NCBI GenBank assembly: GCA_964276515.1
Contig: OZ193910.1
Location: 5,332,001-5,396,000, forward strand
Direction: 5' to 3'
Length of the DNA stretch: 64,000 bases
Source of the DNA: Gordius albopunctatus
Taxonomy: Eukaryota
The notes under the pieces were generated by a model. The model was not told the origin of the DNA. It worked only from the letters and a program-made list of their open reading frames with translations, and ran no database searches. This document shows, one piece after another, positions 50,364 to 62,931 of the stretch. The position numbers and the translations under genes were made by a program. Numbering within the stretch: the stretch's first letter is position 1; the number at the start of each line of letters is the position of its first letter.

Positions 50364-52418
50364 TGTTTTCATTGTTATCCTAATAATAATATAATATTTC
50401 TCTAGTTTCCCCACCCCGGCCTTAGTATCAATAAAATGATCTTATTATGAGTTGATTATTTCTAATTTTATTATATTATTTCATATTTAAATAAATGGTT
50501 TTTTTGATGTACTCAAAATATTTATCCTAATGGTTAGTCTATAAACAGCTGATACTCATATATATATCACTATCTCGTCAATACGTTACATAATCGATAA
50601 TCCACCTTTTATATAATACAAATTATAATATTAATCCCCCCATGGAAAGGTTACAGATCCTTACACCTCATTCTTTCAAATTGAGGGACCACCAGGTCCG
50701 TGCTGTCCCGCCCTGGAGTATTTCCTAATAACGTCATTTCTTCCTCCGGGCTGACCACGACCTGACTGGTGTCCCTTGTAACCATTTCCACACGTACAGG
50801 TTCCGTCGTCGTCAACGTGACTACCTGAGCTATTGACAACATCGATTCTACCGGTGGTACCGTCCTCTCCTGCCTTGCTTGCCTGAACGGGATTCCTCGC
50901 CTACACATCGGCATTCGGTGCCAGCTTCGGCATCCCCTGCAAAAGGCTCTAGCCTGCCTTATCGTCACCGGCTGTCCTGCCTGTATATCACGTGAGGATC
51001 TCCTTCTTTCTCCAGTCCGTGCCACGGGACGTCTCTGACGGTTTTGCGTCGTATTGACTCGGGCTGAGCGCGGGACCACATTTTGTTGATGCACCTGGTC
51101 CACTCGTCCAGCTAAACCCCTGGATTGGCCACGGTGTCTGTGAACCGCGTTGCTCTGCCTACCCGAGTAAGGTCTAGCTGCCTCCTGACGAGCTGTCCTT
51201 CTGTGCCTACCCGCCGCCCTTTCCTCCGTGTGGGTGTTTTCGTGTCGCACGCTAACGTAGGGTTCCATGCGCCGTCGCTCTCGGACCTCAAACACTATCG
51301 GTCTCGGTTTCCCCCTACGTTCGTGGTCTAGTGCTCTCAAACGCACCTCTACGATCACCCATTCGGTTCGATATTCCATCTAGATAAAATATAAAAAGAT
51401 TATTATATCAATCTAGAGCGTAACTGTTCCACGTGTCGCACGTCTTCTATCTCGTACATTTTAGTACCTTTCTGAGATAGGATCTTAGCTTCTAACCATT
51501 TTCCTTTCCCTATATAATTACGCGCCCACACAGCATCACCGATTTTAAATTTAGAATCGCCATGTGATCTGGTGTCCGATTGCGCTGACTGTAACATCGT
51601 ATCCACTGGCGTGTGTGGTAAACGACCCAGGAATATCTCGCTAACCGGTTGTCGAGAAGGGAACCTTGGTGCGACGTTGTGGTAAAGTCGATAAAGCCAA
51701 GTTCCGTCCTTTTCGACCTTAGCGTTATTCAACCATCGTTTCACCACAGCCACGTGTCTTTCCGCGAGTCCATTCGTACTCGGATGATACGGAGGGGTAA
51801 GTAAATGCTGTATTCCCCATTTACTACAAAATTGTTTGAACTCGACGCTTGCAAAAGCTGTGCCTTGTCGGACACAATCTTCTTCCGTATACCATACGCA
51901 CCTGCAAGATTCTTTAAGAAATCGACCACTACTCCCGTAGATAACTTTCTCACTTGTTTATATTCAACCCAACTCGAGTGCGCATCTACGAGAATAATAT
52001 ATCGTTTTCCTTCAAAATCAAAGAAATCCAGGTGTACTCTTTCCCAAACTTGTGTTGTGGACGGCCATCTCGCCTTCTTGTCGTGTCTTGGCGTCCTGGC
52101 AAGTTTTCCGCATTGCCCACATTGTCCTACGAACAAGGTAATATCTCGTGATATCTTGTTTAATTAACATCATAAGTTCTTATTATCATCTCTTTTCCCC
52201 CTTGGAATTAAGCACTAAATTTTGAATTCTTTCTTCACTCTTTTTGTTCAATAACCTTGGTTTAATTGAGGCTTGAGTTCTTCTTTCGCTATCACCATTT
52301 ATTTAAATATGAAATAATATAATAAAATTAGAAATAATAAGATCATTTTATTGATACTAAGGCCGGGGTGGGGAAACTAGAGAAAAATTATATTATTATT
52401 AGCCTAACAATGAAAACA
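50364..52418 (-). mobile_element. Element with Gypsy-type integrase bounded by 125-136-bp inverted repeats (Ginger-like candidate)
   Basis: TIRs 50364-50499 and 52294-52418 with TG...CA termini; flanks TATA/TATG; integrase 52136-51403 (CGQC, WERVHLDF, LVDAHS, IVSD, GDAVW, RHVEQL) with frameshifts. Confidence 0.75.
50651..51379 (-). CDS. Intact 242-aa Arg-rich ORF of unknown function with a CxxCxxxHxxxxC motif, inside the inverted-repeat element
   Basis: Open GC-rich ORF; FCRGCRSWHRMPMC; preceded by acceptor-like TTTTATCTAG|ATG; followed by a GGGGGGA tract. Confidence 0.6.
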   Translation of the reverse strand: MEYRTEWVIVEVRLRALDHERRGKPRPIVFEVRERRRMEPYVSVRHENTHTEERAAGRHRRTARQEAARPYSGRQSNAVHRHRGQSRGLAGRVDQVHQQNVVPRSARVNTTQNRQRRPVARTGERRRSSRDIQAGQPVTIRQARAFCRGCRSWHRMPMCRRGIPFRQARQERTVPPVESMLSIAQVVTLTTTEPVRVEMVTRDTSQVVVSPEEEMTLLGNTPGRDSTDLVVPQFERMRCKDL

Positions 52419-52648
52419 TATGTTAATTACCAAATCGGATTTTGGTTACAATATTAAAATATATAATTATAGCAAAAATATAATCTGTAGAAAATGATAT
52501 ACAAATATACGTATTCACATATACAACATCATATATGACAACTAGCTTGCTTAAAGTCTACTTGAACATATTGAGGAAGCAATAATAAATGATGTTCGGA
52601 GCAAACATCCTTAATAATTTCAAAAAGTAAATTGTAGGTTGCTTGGGA

Positions 52649-53364
52649 CTAGTCCGGTAATAGTGAAAATATTACCGGCACCATATGCTCTTTATAATAG
52701 CAATGAACTGTATAGACCTATGGCGATAAAATTAATAATTACTCATTTAAATATATATACTTGTTTAAAGAGTTGGGGACATACATAGTATGTCCCATCG
52801 GCATAGAAATTTCCTGCTTCACATAGGATTTTTAAATTCCCAGGGGTGCCAAAGACCAAGAGTTTATTACGATGGTTGTGCAATAAAAATTTTTCCCTAT
52901 TGTGAGAAAATTTGTGTTCGGGGTAAAGTTTGATATCGGTATTAATTTTTGGCGTTGGGTATCTATTTATACTTATCCTTCTTAAAGTATTTTTTATCGA
53001 TTTTAAAGTTGGGTTGCTATGGATAATGTCTGAATATAATGTAAAATATAACCCAAAGTTGAATAAAAATAGTGAAATATGTTACAAAAGATCAGTAGAA
53101 AAACATTTAAAACTATGAGCACAACTCTAGCATAAAATAATCATCGAGATAAGCGTTGTAGCTGACGCCCGCTAGATGGCGCCAACCAAATTAAAAAACA
53201 TAGTTCCCGCTGTCGTAGTGTGATAAAAAGTGTTTACAAACCATCTACAATGCTAAGGCAATAATCTGGCCAAATTTGATGGCAATCGGTTGAGAACTTC
53301 AAAAGTTATTAGCGCACAATTATTTTGGTTTGTATATTAAATTTACGCCTTATAATAATATAGA
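52649..53364 (-). mobile_element. Non-autonomous Helitron related to 22667-23639
   Basis: A|TCTATATT start at 53364; about 170 bp homologous to 22700-22850; hairpin CCGGTAATA/TATTACCGG next to CTAG|T at 52649 (alternative end at 52542). Confidence 0.7.
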
Positions 53365-53740
53365 TTATTAGTTTAAACGAATATTGGATTAAAAAAAGAA
53401 ACCTTATTAAGATTTTAATCCTTAATAAAGATTTTAATATTCATGATTTTTCATTGTTAATTTATAACTCGAATCGCTGCCAATCACACATTTCCTATTT
53501 ATATACATACGATTTATAATAAAATAATGATCTCCTGGACACTTAGCAGACAGAAAAAAAGAATTTTAATTCATAATAATATATCTTATGTTAAGGTTAA
53601 TGAGACTGAGCATAAGAAATATTACAAGTGTAGAAACTACACTTGTAACATAAGGAACCATTTGACATGGTTCCTTTTCCCTTACAAAACTACACACATC
53701 AAGTAAATGCTCCTTATCAGCATAAACACCCCCATGTAAA

Positions 53741-54228
53741 GGACCAGTCTCTGTGACAAGCAGTACTATTGCCCAAAACTTGCCTATGATCTCAATCTCA
53801 AGTATTTAAATATATTGTGAATTATATATTTTTTTAGGACCAGCCTCTGTGACAAGCAGTACTATTGCCCAAAACTTGCCTATGATCTCAATCTCAAGTA
53901 TTTTAATATATTGTGAATTATATGTTTTTTTAGGACCAACCTCTGTGACAAGCAGTACTATTGCCCAAAACTTGCCTATGATCTCAATCTCAAGTATTTT
54001 AATATATTGTGAATTATATGTTTTTTTAGGACCAACCTCTGTGACAAGATATATTATTGCCCAAAACTTGCCTATGATCTCAATCTCAAGTATTTAAATA
54101 TATTGTGAATTATATATATTTTTTAGGACCAGCCTCTGTGACAAGCAGTACTATTGCCCAAAACTTGCCTATGATCTCAATCTCAAGTATTTAAATATAT
54201 TGTGAATTATATATTTTTTAGGACCAGC
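53741..54228 (+). repeat. 96-bp tandem repeat (60-nt exon-like + about 36-nt intron-like), 5 copies
   Basis: Unit TTTTAG|GACCAGCC..ATCTCAA|GTATTT..; exon reads GPASVTSSTIAQNLPMISIS. Confidence 0.92.
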
Positions 54229-57200
54229 TTCTCTACCTTCCATGACTATTGATATCAATATCTAAAATAATATTATGTCTTTTTCAAGTAAATATATATC
54301 AAATATATTTACTTTTTAATAAAGGGCCAATAAACATACTGACTGAATCAGCACATGATAACATTACTACTACATCAAATAAAGTTAATTATTTACAGGA
54401 TTTAATGTATAAATGTAAGGTTCTCTTGAAGATGCTCAAATATTATTGGATGCTTTCCAAATAATCCAGACAAATAACCAAAGTAATATTCTTTTAATGT
54501 AAATCATAGCACAGTTTTTAGTCAATGTTCCCGAGTTTTTGCCGTCAAACAATGGGACTTTGATTTATTTTCAAAACTATCTGTACCATAAGAATATGGA
54601 GAAGAACGGTACCGTTTACTACGGATGTCGGAAACTGTCATGTTCTGGTAGAGCAAAAGAGGTTTTGGGAATTTTTTCTCAAACGCGTCCCCATAATGAC
54701 GCGCCCCCTATTGCGGAATGCGAAAAAATAATGACAAACATTTCATTAAAAAATGCGGTTCTCAATGACCCTAAAGAAAGGATAAACAAATTATATTACA
54801 AAGTAATAGCGTAGAGGGTTAGGGAAAATCCCGACCTCAGGGACAATCCCGAATCGACCCCACTTCTAAGGTCATTGAAAAAAAAACTTAAAAAATTGGA
54901 TCCATTGAGGTACGACACGCCTAGGGATAATGATGATATTATCCTTAAGCCCCATCATTTAAAAACTCATGATTACGATCACTTTATGCTTTGGAACGAG
55001 GACAATAGAATTTTTATTTTTGGGACAGCCCACCTGTTAAAGATAATGTGTGAAACTAAAAATATTTATTGTGATGGTACGTTTAAATGTTGCCCCCAAC
55101 ATTTAACTCAGGTATTTACATTTTTAAAATATATCCGTAACTTTGTTTTTAGATTTATACAATTCATACCTATTACCGGGAGCATATGATTCCAGTAGTA
55201 TATACCCTTCTGCCTGATAAAACAGAATATACTTATAAGAAAGTTTTCAGGGCACTTTATGCACAGGTTGATTTCGAACGGGCAAGCATCGGGGCCTTGG
55301 AAGCCTGTTTCCCTAATATTATTATAAAGGGTAAAATTTAATGTTTTGTTTATATAATTTTTAGGTTGCTTGTTTCATTTTGGCCAGGCGATCTATCGAC
55401 ACGCTGGGTCTGGCAAAATGAAGAATCTTTATTCATCAAATGCTGATTTCAAGCGCAGCGTTCGTCGTCTTTTAGCATTACCATTTTTGAAGATAGGGCA
55501 CATCCGCGATGTCATGACCCTTTGCATGGTCCAGCCCAATGTGCGCAGCGATAAAGAAATTGAGAATATTTTTTTGTACGTCCACAATACCTGGGTTGGG
55601 CTTGAGAGGGACCCCTTGTTCCCCTATGATATGTGGCAACGGCTTGATGCAGAGGGGCCCCGAACCAACAACCACTTGGAAGGTTTTCATAATGCTCTTA
55701 AAAGTGGGCTCAAACAAACCCACCCTACTATATATGTGTTTGTTGATTTCCTGCTAGATCTACAAGAAAAAACTAATGTTGATTTGCTACACATCTCTCA
55801 GGGAAAAAGAGTGTATGAAACAAATAAAAAATACGCTTCTATTAATTATAATATAAATCGTCTTATAGCTCAATATACAAATGTATCTAACCCTATGCCC
55901 CTTTTTTCATATGTTGATGCCATCTTTAATTATATGCACTTACAAGGTCACGATGCCCCGTTATATGATGAAATTGATTTACAATAATAAATATAAATTT
56001 GTTTTAATTTTAAATACAAGCTTGAAGTTATGTTATTAATTCGCGCTGCATGTGTTTTATATTAACTCATAGACCATCTTATATTATTAGATTTAATTGT
56101 ACATTTTGGGAAAATTATATCATCTCAAAATTTAATAAAATAATAATGCTGATTTGGTGTCAATACTTTAATTTGAACTAGAAACAGATATAAGACATCT
56201 AAATCAAATATATGTAAATAAAATAAAAATATTTTTGAAATGTTTTAAACAATAAATTTCAAAATCTTTTGCCAAAAAAATAAATTCACACCTTTAAAGT
56301 TTTCATGTATAAAAAATATATTTTAATATCATTAAGCATATTTTAGCCATATATAAAGAATATTCTATAAAGCGAAATTTCCTACTTTTTATAAAACTTT
56401 GCATTGTGACCTGGACTAAAAATATTATTAAATATAAATTTAGAAACATTAAGTCATTTAAAATTGTCAAACAGATTATTACCGCCTGGGTGAGACAGAA
56501 AATTAAAAAATTTAAAATTAAATAAATTTTTTTAAATTTTTGGCATGTATAAAAAATAAATTATAAGATCATTAACAAAAAAATGTGATCTTAAAAATTT
56601 TTTAACCCCCCCCCCCCACTCCTTTAGGAAATCCGACTTACGCCTATTCAAATAGCCACAATAATTGTTGAACAACAGAATGTACTGTGTTAAAACTAAG
56701 GACGCTTTAATTAGAACATTATGTTATGAGCAGTTTAGATAAACTGCTTGCTCATAGCATTTGCTAATATGAAATCGGTTAGTCAACTTATAATGCTGCT
56801 CAGGCACACAGCTCTATACATGAGTTACTTTTTGCTACTACCCTTTCGCCTCTCGAGCATTGTCATCTAGTACATCAACAGCCTCATGAGTAGAGTAGGA
56901 TACACAGTGCGTGTGAGGGGGCAGAGCTCACAGTGAGCAATACTCATTGGAGCAAATCTTCATCAGTAAATATGGCAATAGACGTTATTAAAGTTGACTA
57001 GGACATAATTATGTTATTATCAATAAATAAATCCTATATCAGCTAACTTTATAAAAATAAATTGTCTAAATTGATTCTTGCTAATTCAAACATAACCTAA
57101 CAAGAACGATAAAATTTATCCGAACTTTTTGGTCGAATTTCTGTAAAATGGTTCTCAAACTTGTTATTTAGCTGCTGCATATATATTTATAACATAGAAT

Positions 57201-57482
57201 TTTTTATAATTATGGCTAATATTCCTGAGTGATTCTTTTAACTACTTTCATACATTATTTTACACACTATTTATTTTTAAATGTAACAATAGTATGTTTT
57301 ATTGTATTAAGCTTATTTTACTTATACGATATTGTACATTAAACACAGTAGTGATAATATCTATTCATTTTATATATATCATTAACTATTGCTTTATTTT
57401 AGTTACATAAGATACATATTACAACAGATATAAAATGCATAACGTTTAGCTTTAATTTAGCTTTACATATGCTATAGATGCA

Positions 57483-57868
57483 AATTGAACCAATTGATAG
57501 TAACACATGTTCAATAATTATCAACTATTTTTATTATTAACAGTTACATCTAATTTATTTGTTAAAATGTAATTGAAATGTTTTATATAACATTAAATAT
57601 AATAATAAACGTTTTATAGCATTACTCTAACTTTAATTATGCTATATATACACATTGAACTAATTGATAATAATACATGTTCATTAATTATTAACTATTT
57701 TGATTATTAACAGTTACATCTAATTTATTTGTTAAAATGTAATTAAAATGTTTTATATAACATTAAATATAATTATAAACGTTTATAGCCTTACTCTAAC
57801 TATAATTATGCTATATATACACATTAAACCAATTGATAATAATACATGTTCATTAATTATTAACTATT
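57483..57868 (+). repeat. AT-rich tandem repeat, about 170-bp unit, 2+ copies
   Basis: AATTGATA.TAA.ACATGTTCA recurs at about 57492, 57662, 57831. Confidence 0.85.
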
Positions 57869-58016
57869 ATCATTATTTGATACTATATAATTAAAATATA
57901 TTATAATATCCATATGTTTATATGTACAAGTTAAATATTTCTTATGATCCGAATATAATATTCATTCATACAACAATTTTAATGGATGTACCCAAATCGT
58001 AAGCTATAATCAGCTG

Positions 58017-58994
58017 ATGGAATCGTTTAGATGGGCATTCAATTTAGCATGTTGGAATTTGAATAAAACTGAATTAAGGATGTTATCAAAATGCTTAAAA
58101 TCCGAAGAAAAATCACGAATACTTAATTATTATTTTATTCATGATGCAAAAACAGCCTTAATTAGCACTCTTATACAATCCTTGCTAAAATATAAATTGG
58201 AAGAGTTTTATGGCCATAAATATCACATAAATGTTTATAGATCTTTACATGGTAAACCTTATTTGAACATACAAAATGGCTCATTTGCTAATAGTCCTTA
58301 TTATTACAATGTGTCTCATCATGGAAATTTTGTGATTCTTGCTAGTTCAAAGTGTGAGCTTGGAATAGATATTATGAGCTTGAATAAGTTTTATTCAGCT
58401 AAAAAAGATAACAACTTATGTATTGAGCACTGTGGAAAAGATTTAAAAACTTATTTTAGTACAATGCAAGCCATTTTTACAGATAATGAATGGAATGTTA
58501 TAAAAAAATATGACAATCTACAAATTCAATTAAGTTATTTTCTTTTAAATTGGTGTCTCAAAGAAAGTTATATAAAGGCTTTGGGCGAAAGAATAAGGAA
58601 TAATATATTGCAATCAATTGAATTTTCAATTATGCCATCTAACTTTGATCAGATGAGCATTGATTGCATAAAAATTGATGATCCCCTAACTTTTAAATTT
58701 GGACAGTTATTATTTCAAAATAACAAAATGGCAGAAGGTGTCTCTTTAAAAATTAATAAGTTTCCTGATAAAAGATTTTATTTCCAAATTGGGACAGTTT
58801 GCTCTGATCACGTATTTGCTATATCATATGACATAAAGAATTTTGATGAAAGTTCACTAAAAAGCTTTATTTGCTCACAACCATCTAGTTTTGAGTTTTT
58901 GACCAATGAGAATTTCAACATAATGCTTGACCAATACCCGGATTCAATGATAGATGAAGAATTTGCCAAAATTCTTTTAGATAAGCAAAGATGA
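58017..58994 (+). CDS. AASDHPPT: 4'-phosphopantetheinyl transferase (Sfp/Lys5 type), intronless, 325 aa
   Basis: RWAF, EEKSRI, DAK, GKPYL, YNVSHHG, LGIDIM, WCLKESYIKALG motifs. Confidence 0.93.
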   Translation: MESFRWAFNLACWNLNKTELRMLSKCLKSEEKSRILNYYFIHDAKTALISTLIQSLLKYKLEEFYGHKYHINVYRSLHGKPYLNIQNGSFANSPYYYNVSHHGNFVILASSKCELGIDIMSLNKFYSAKKDNNLCIEHCGKDLKTYFSTMQAIFTDNEWNVIKKYDNLQIQLSYFLLNWCLKESYIKALGERIRNNILQSIEFSIMPSNFDQMSIDCIKIDDPLTFKFGQLLFQNNKMAEGVSLKINKFPDKRFYFQIGTVCSDHVFAISYDIKNFDESSLKSFICSQPSSFEFLTNENFNIMLDQYPDSMIDEEFAKILLDKQR

Positions 58995-59149
58995 AATTCC
59001 TATCAAAATCATTTTAAAACTACAAATAAATTTGTAAATGACACTACGTCACTAATGCAATTATTACATCAAATTGTTGTATATCACTTGATACATTTCA
59101 CAAAATAATATATACATAAAGAATTTCCAATAATGTGTGTATATATGTT

Positions 59150-60994
59150 TTATCTTCTAGAAATTCTTTCTGTGGTATTGAATTGGTGAAGAAAATTGTT
59201 GTCAGAATTCATGAATGTCATTCTCAAGGTTCCATTCACTAAGATATCAACTATACCAAAGCCACCTTTCTGATCATAGAAGAATTTTTCCAAACACAAT
59301 GGGCTTGTTACACGATCTTGTCTCCTATTGACATTTAGTTTCGACCCTGACCCTACCACAGCATACTCCATCATTTGATTATTTTTCCCATTTCTGTCCC
59401 TAAGATGCTTAAAAAACATATGTACAAAACTTTAAGATTATTCAAACTAAAAATTTATGAAAAATTATTAGTTTTTTTTAGGTAATAAATTTTTTTATTA
59501 AGTGAAACTATAAACAACTATAAAAATCATATGCGAGGTAAACATTCGAAAATTGGGATAGCGTTGAAATGACAAATAATGATTCCGATAGTTATTATAA
59601 GTTATCAAAAGCCATATGCACGATTTTTATATTTAAAAAATACATTTACTTGTAGAACATGGTCATGACCGCTGAGATATAGTGTGAGGTTGTATTTGTA
59701 AAGAAGAGGTTTAAGTCTCTTGGTAAGACACGGTGTTGGGCCGTGTTTGTCTACAGAATAGATTGGTTGATGTCCTGCAACTATTAAAACATCCGCACTA
59801 TATGAGCACACAAATTTATTATTTCATACATGTAGGATGACTAAAATATACGTTGAGTTGGCTAATATTTCTTCCAATTTGCGCCACATAAATTCTTTAT
59901 TTTTCGCGTTCAAGTATTTCCCATTTTCATATGCTTTTATCAAGTACCATAGGATTGGGCACATCACCTGAGTATCTATCATTACAATTTCAAGCTTTAA
60001 ATTATTTTTGGAAGTGTTCATCCCTTTTTGCAACGGGATATCAAAGGTTTTAGTGTAAAGAAGTCCGGGAAAGTTCCTTTTAACAACACATAAAATATCA
60101 ATTCATTTGTAAAAATAGTTCAGAATGGTTTTGGTCTTATACATTAATAGGGGGTCCTCGAGATTAAAAAATAGGGAAAGATTTTGGCGTCCTTAAGTAT
60201 TGATGTAAGATTCCAATCACCAAATCAAATAATGAATCTATTACAGCAATTTACCTATTTAAATTTTAGACGTTCAAACCTGGGCGGCTGCCCCCTCTAA
60301 TTCTAAAGATTCCTTAATATTTAATATAATTACAGTTTAAATAACAAAAAATTAGCATTTTGCCCCACCTTAAATTATTTATGCCGCCCTCTTAATCTAA
60401 TCCTGGCTCCAACCACGCGTTCAAAGTTAATCTAACTTAAATTTTATTACTGAGTTCACAGGACTCCTTTACCATCTGAGTCACTATTTTGAACTGACCA
60501 ATGCCGTGTTAAATTTAAAATTTTATACATGCTTAAATAACTCACCATTTTGTTGATTTGTATAAAAGTTGAGCAGTTATGTTTCCGTAATGATCGTGAT
60601 TACCCGCCAAGATGTACCATGGAATGTTGAGATCACTGTGATTAAACATGTTTTCAAACGATGTCTAACCAAAGCATATCAACACGAAAAATATAGGCGT
60701 TATCCAAAAAATATCAATAAAATTTATAATGGCATATAAAAGCTAGAAAAAACTTTAAGTAGAAGCGTGTAAAAAAGTAAAAAATTACGTTAAATCTCGG
60801 ATCGTCAATGCTGCTAACTCCTCTGGGATAAAAATTGTCACCGACAAGCACGACAAATTTGGGCTTGTATTTTTGGGCAAAATTACCCATAGCCGCAGCC
60901 GTATCTCGGCCAACTTTGGACGTATAAGGTCGTAATTTAACTCCCCCTGTATCTCCCGCCACCAAAAATGTCAGAATAACGTCACTTGTAGTAT
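59150..60994 (-). CDS. ACP5: Tartrate-resistant (purple) acid phosphatase type 5-like; 5' exons upstream of 60994 unresolved
   Basis: Exons about 60994-60789, 60664-60546, 60076-59852, 59797-59650, 59407-59150; all five metal-ligand motifs GDTG, GDNFY, GNHD, VAGH, GHDH. Confidence 0.9.
60279..60417. mobile_element. Intronic MITE (CATGGGCG-family variant)
   Basis: 8-bp TSD CGTTCAAA (60271-60278, 60418-60425); GCCCCCTCTAA internal motif shared with the family. Confidence 0.75.
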
Positions 60995-62281
60995 CTAAAA
61001 TGTGAAGAAAAAACATGTTGTGGTTTGCCTGCTTTACAACTATTAAAACTTACAATTCGTGACATTGAGGCTCTGATTTCTGTCCAACGGGCAGGTGGGA
61101 ATCAACGTGTCGTAACATAAATTTTAGAAATGAATGATATTTTAAAATTCCACCATTACTGTATACATTTAAAATTAACGTTGGCACTAATTAAATAATT
61201 TTGGAATTAAAGGTTTGTTTGACTTGACGTAATTACTTGTTAAGTCGGGATTAACGAGCCAATCATCGTTTTCCATATGTTCGGATTTGTTGAAATTGTA
61301 GGCATTGAATTTAGGGCCCACCTCGATTGAATACTTTATGATTAAATTTGCACCGGCATTAAATTCATCAAAAGAGCGCATACCATAATCAATAGATTCA
61401 TCTGGTATAAAAATGTTTTATATAACTTTTAAACGGTTTGTTGTATTTGTGATTGTGAGCAAAAGATAATAAATTGTAATTTTATCTCTTCCTTATCATT
61501 GATATTTAACCATTGGCTAAATCGGGGGCTGCTTGATAATTTTAATTTACCCTGGGATTAATTTAAACCTGTTTTTTCAAGCTCAGCTCAGTTCAGATTA
61601 TGTAATAATAAATTAGATTTTATAGACCAAATTGTAAATAATTAATTAACATGCTGTGTAAGCAATGATTAACCATCAATTCAATTTAAATGATATATAT
61701 ATGTTAATTTTATTATACACAAACTTTTTGGTAAATAAACTAAATGATTAATGTTCTAAGGTAAAAATTTATGGTTAATTCCTTAGATGGTGAAGTAATA
61801 TTTAAATAATTTACAAAAACCAGAAAATGGAAAAATATTTCAAGTAGTTTGTCGTAATCATTAAATAGTTAAAATCAATTCCGTAAAAATATATGACAAT
61901 ATAATTCAAAATTATTCGAAGTGTCAATATTAGTTTTGCTGACTTAATAGATGGAACTTGTTAATGCATTTGTATCTGTAGTGATAACATTTCAAGTATA
62001 ATTGTTTTAGGAATATCCAATTGCCTTATTTGTATAAAACGTAACAGCAATTACAAAAGAAGTTTGATTTCTCGAAAACATTGCCCTACAGCAACTTAAA
62101 GTATGAATGACTCTACCGATCGGTTCACTTATAATTTGTGGTGGAACTGGCTTCATAAATAAACAGTTATTCTCATAAATTGTCATACGATTTGGAATGC
62201 ATTTAAATCAACTCTAAAATTTATATATATTCCAAGAAATTATATAAAATTTTAAGCCTATACTTAAACTGAAATAATTTA

Positions 62282-62375
62282 AAGCCTTTATTATAATATG
62301 GCAACAAATTATTTTGCATAGTTTTTTTAAGCCTTTATTATAATATGGCAACAAATTATTTTGCATAGTTTTTTT
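62282..62375 (+). repeat. 47-bp tandem duplication
   Basis: AAGCCTTTATTATAATATGGCAACAAATTATTTTGCATAGTTTTTT twice. Confidence 0.9.
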
Positions 62376-62931
62376 ATTCAAAGTGCAAAGTTATTTTTGC
62401 CATTTTTCAAGTTTTTTATTCAATTTGTCATATGATATTACATTAAAACTATCTACACCACACTTATGGTATTAATACTTCTTAAGTAATTAAACGTGTT
62501 CATTAACATAATATAATTTATAATTTGAATGATAAAATTATAAATTAGAAATAATATCATGGGCGTAGCCAGCATTGGATTTAGGGAGTGGCAAAATTAA
62601 CATTTTTTAAATTTTGTTATAATTTTAATAAATTTTTGGATTTATAGGGGGGCAGCCGCCCCTCCCTGCCCCGGTGTTATTTAAATGCACAGTGAAAAAT
62701 TCCATAATGCTCAGTAATTTGTGCTCAGATTTTTAATTAAAAATGTTCAGTTTTTTCTACGCTCAGATTTTAATTAGAAAGTGCTCAGATTTTCTTTTCG
62801 AAAAATGTTAAGTTTTTTTAAATATGCTCAGTTTTTATTAAAAAATTTCAACAGTTTATTTAGAATTTTCATAGGTTTATTTAGGAATGTTTAATATGTT
62901 TGTTGCGTTAAAATTTTAAATGTTTTAAAGG

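Larger units (their letters stand above)
50147..55987 (+). pseudogene. MULE element C: two FLYWCH-like domains and a MULE transposase, degenerate, interrupted by nested insertions
   Basis: FLYWCH-like 50147-50330 (GYLY..YYKC..CKGKA..HNHEPP) and 54530-54710; CDGTF, VDFE, CLFH, RTNNHLEGFH; short introns near 55112-55152 and 55331-55364 at positions matching element A; internal stop at 54812. Element ends not resolved. Confidence 0.82.

Noticed and set aside
50364..52418. Ordinary LTR retrotransposon or DIRS element
   Set aside because: Repeats are inverted rather than direct, and the enzyme is a DDE integrase rather than a tyrosine recombinase.
53741..54228. CRISPR array, or the ORF 53849-54097 as a real protein
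   Set aside because: Pure tandem repeat without unique spacers; the ORF reads through intron-like segments.
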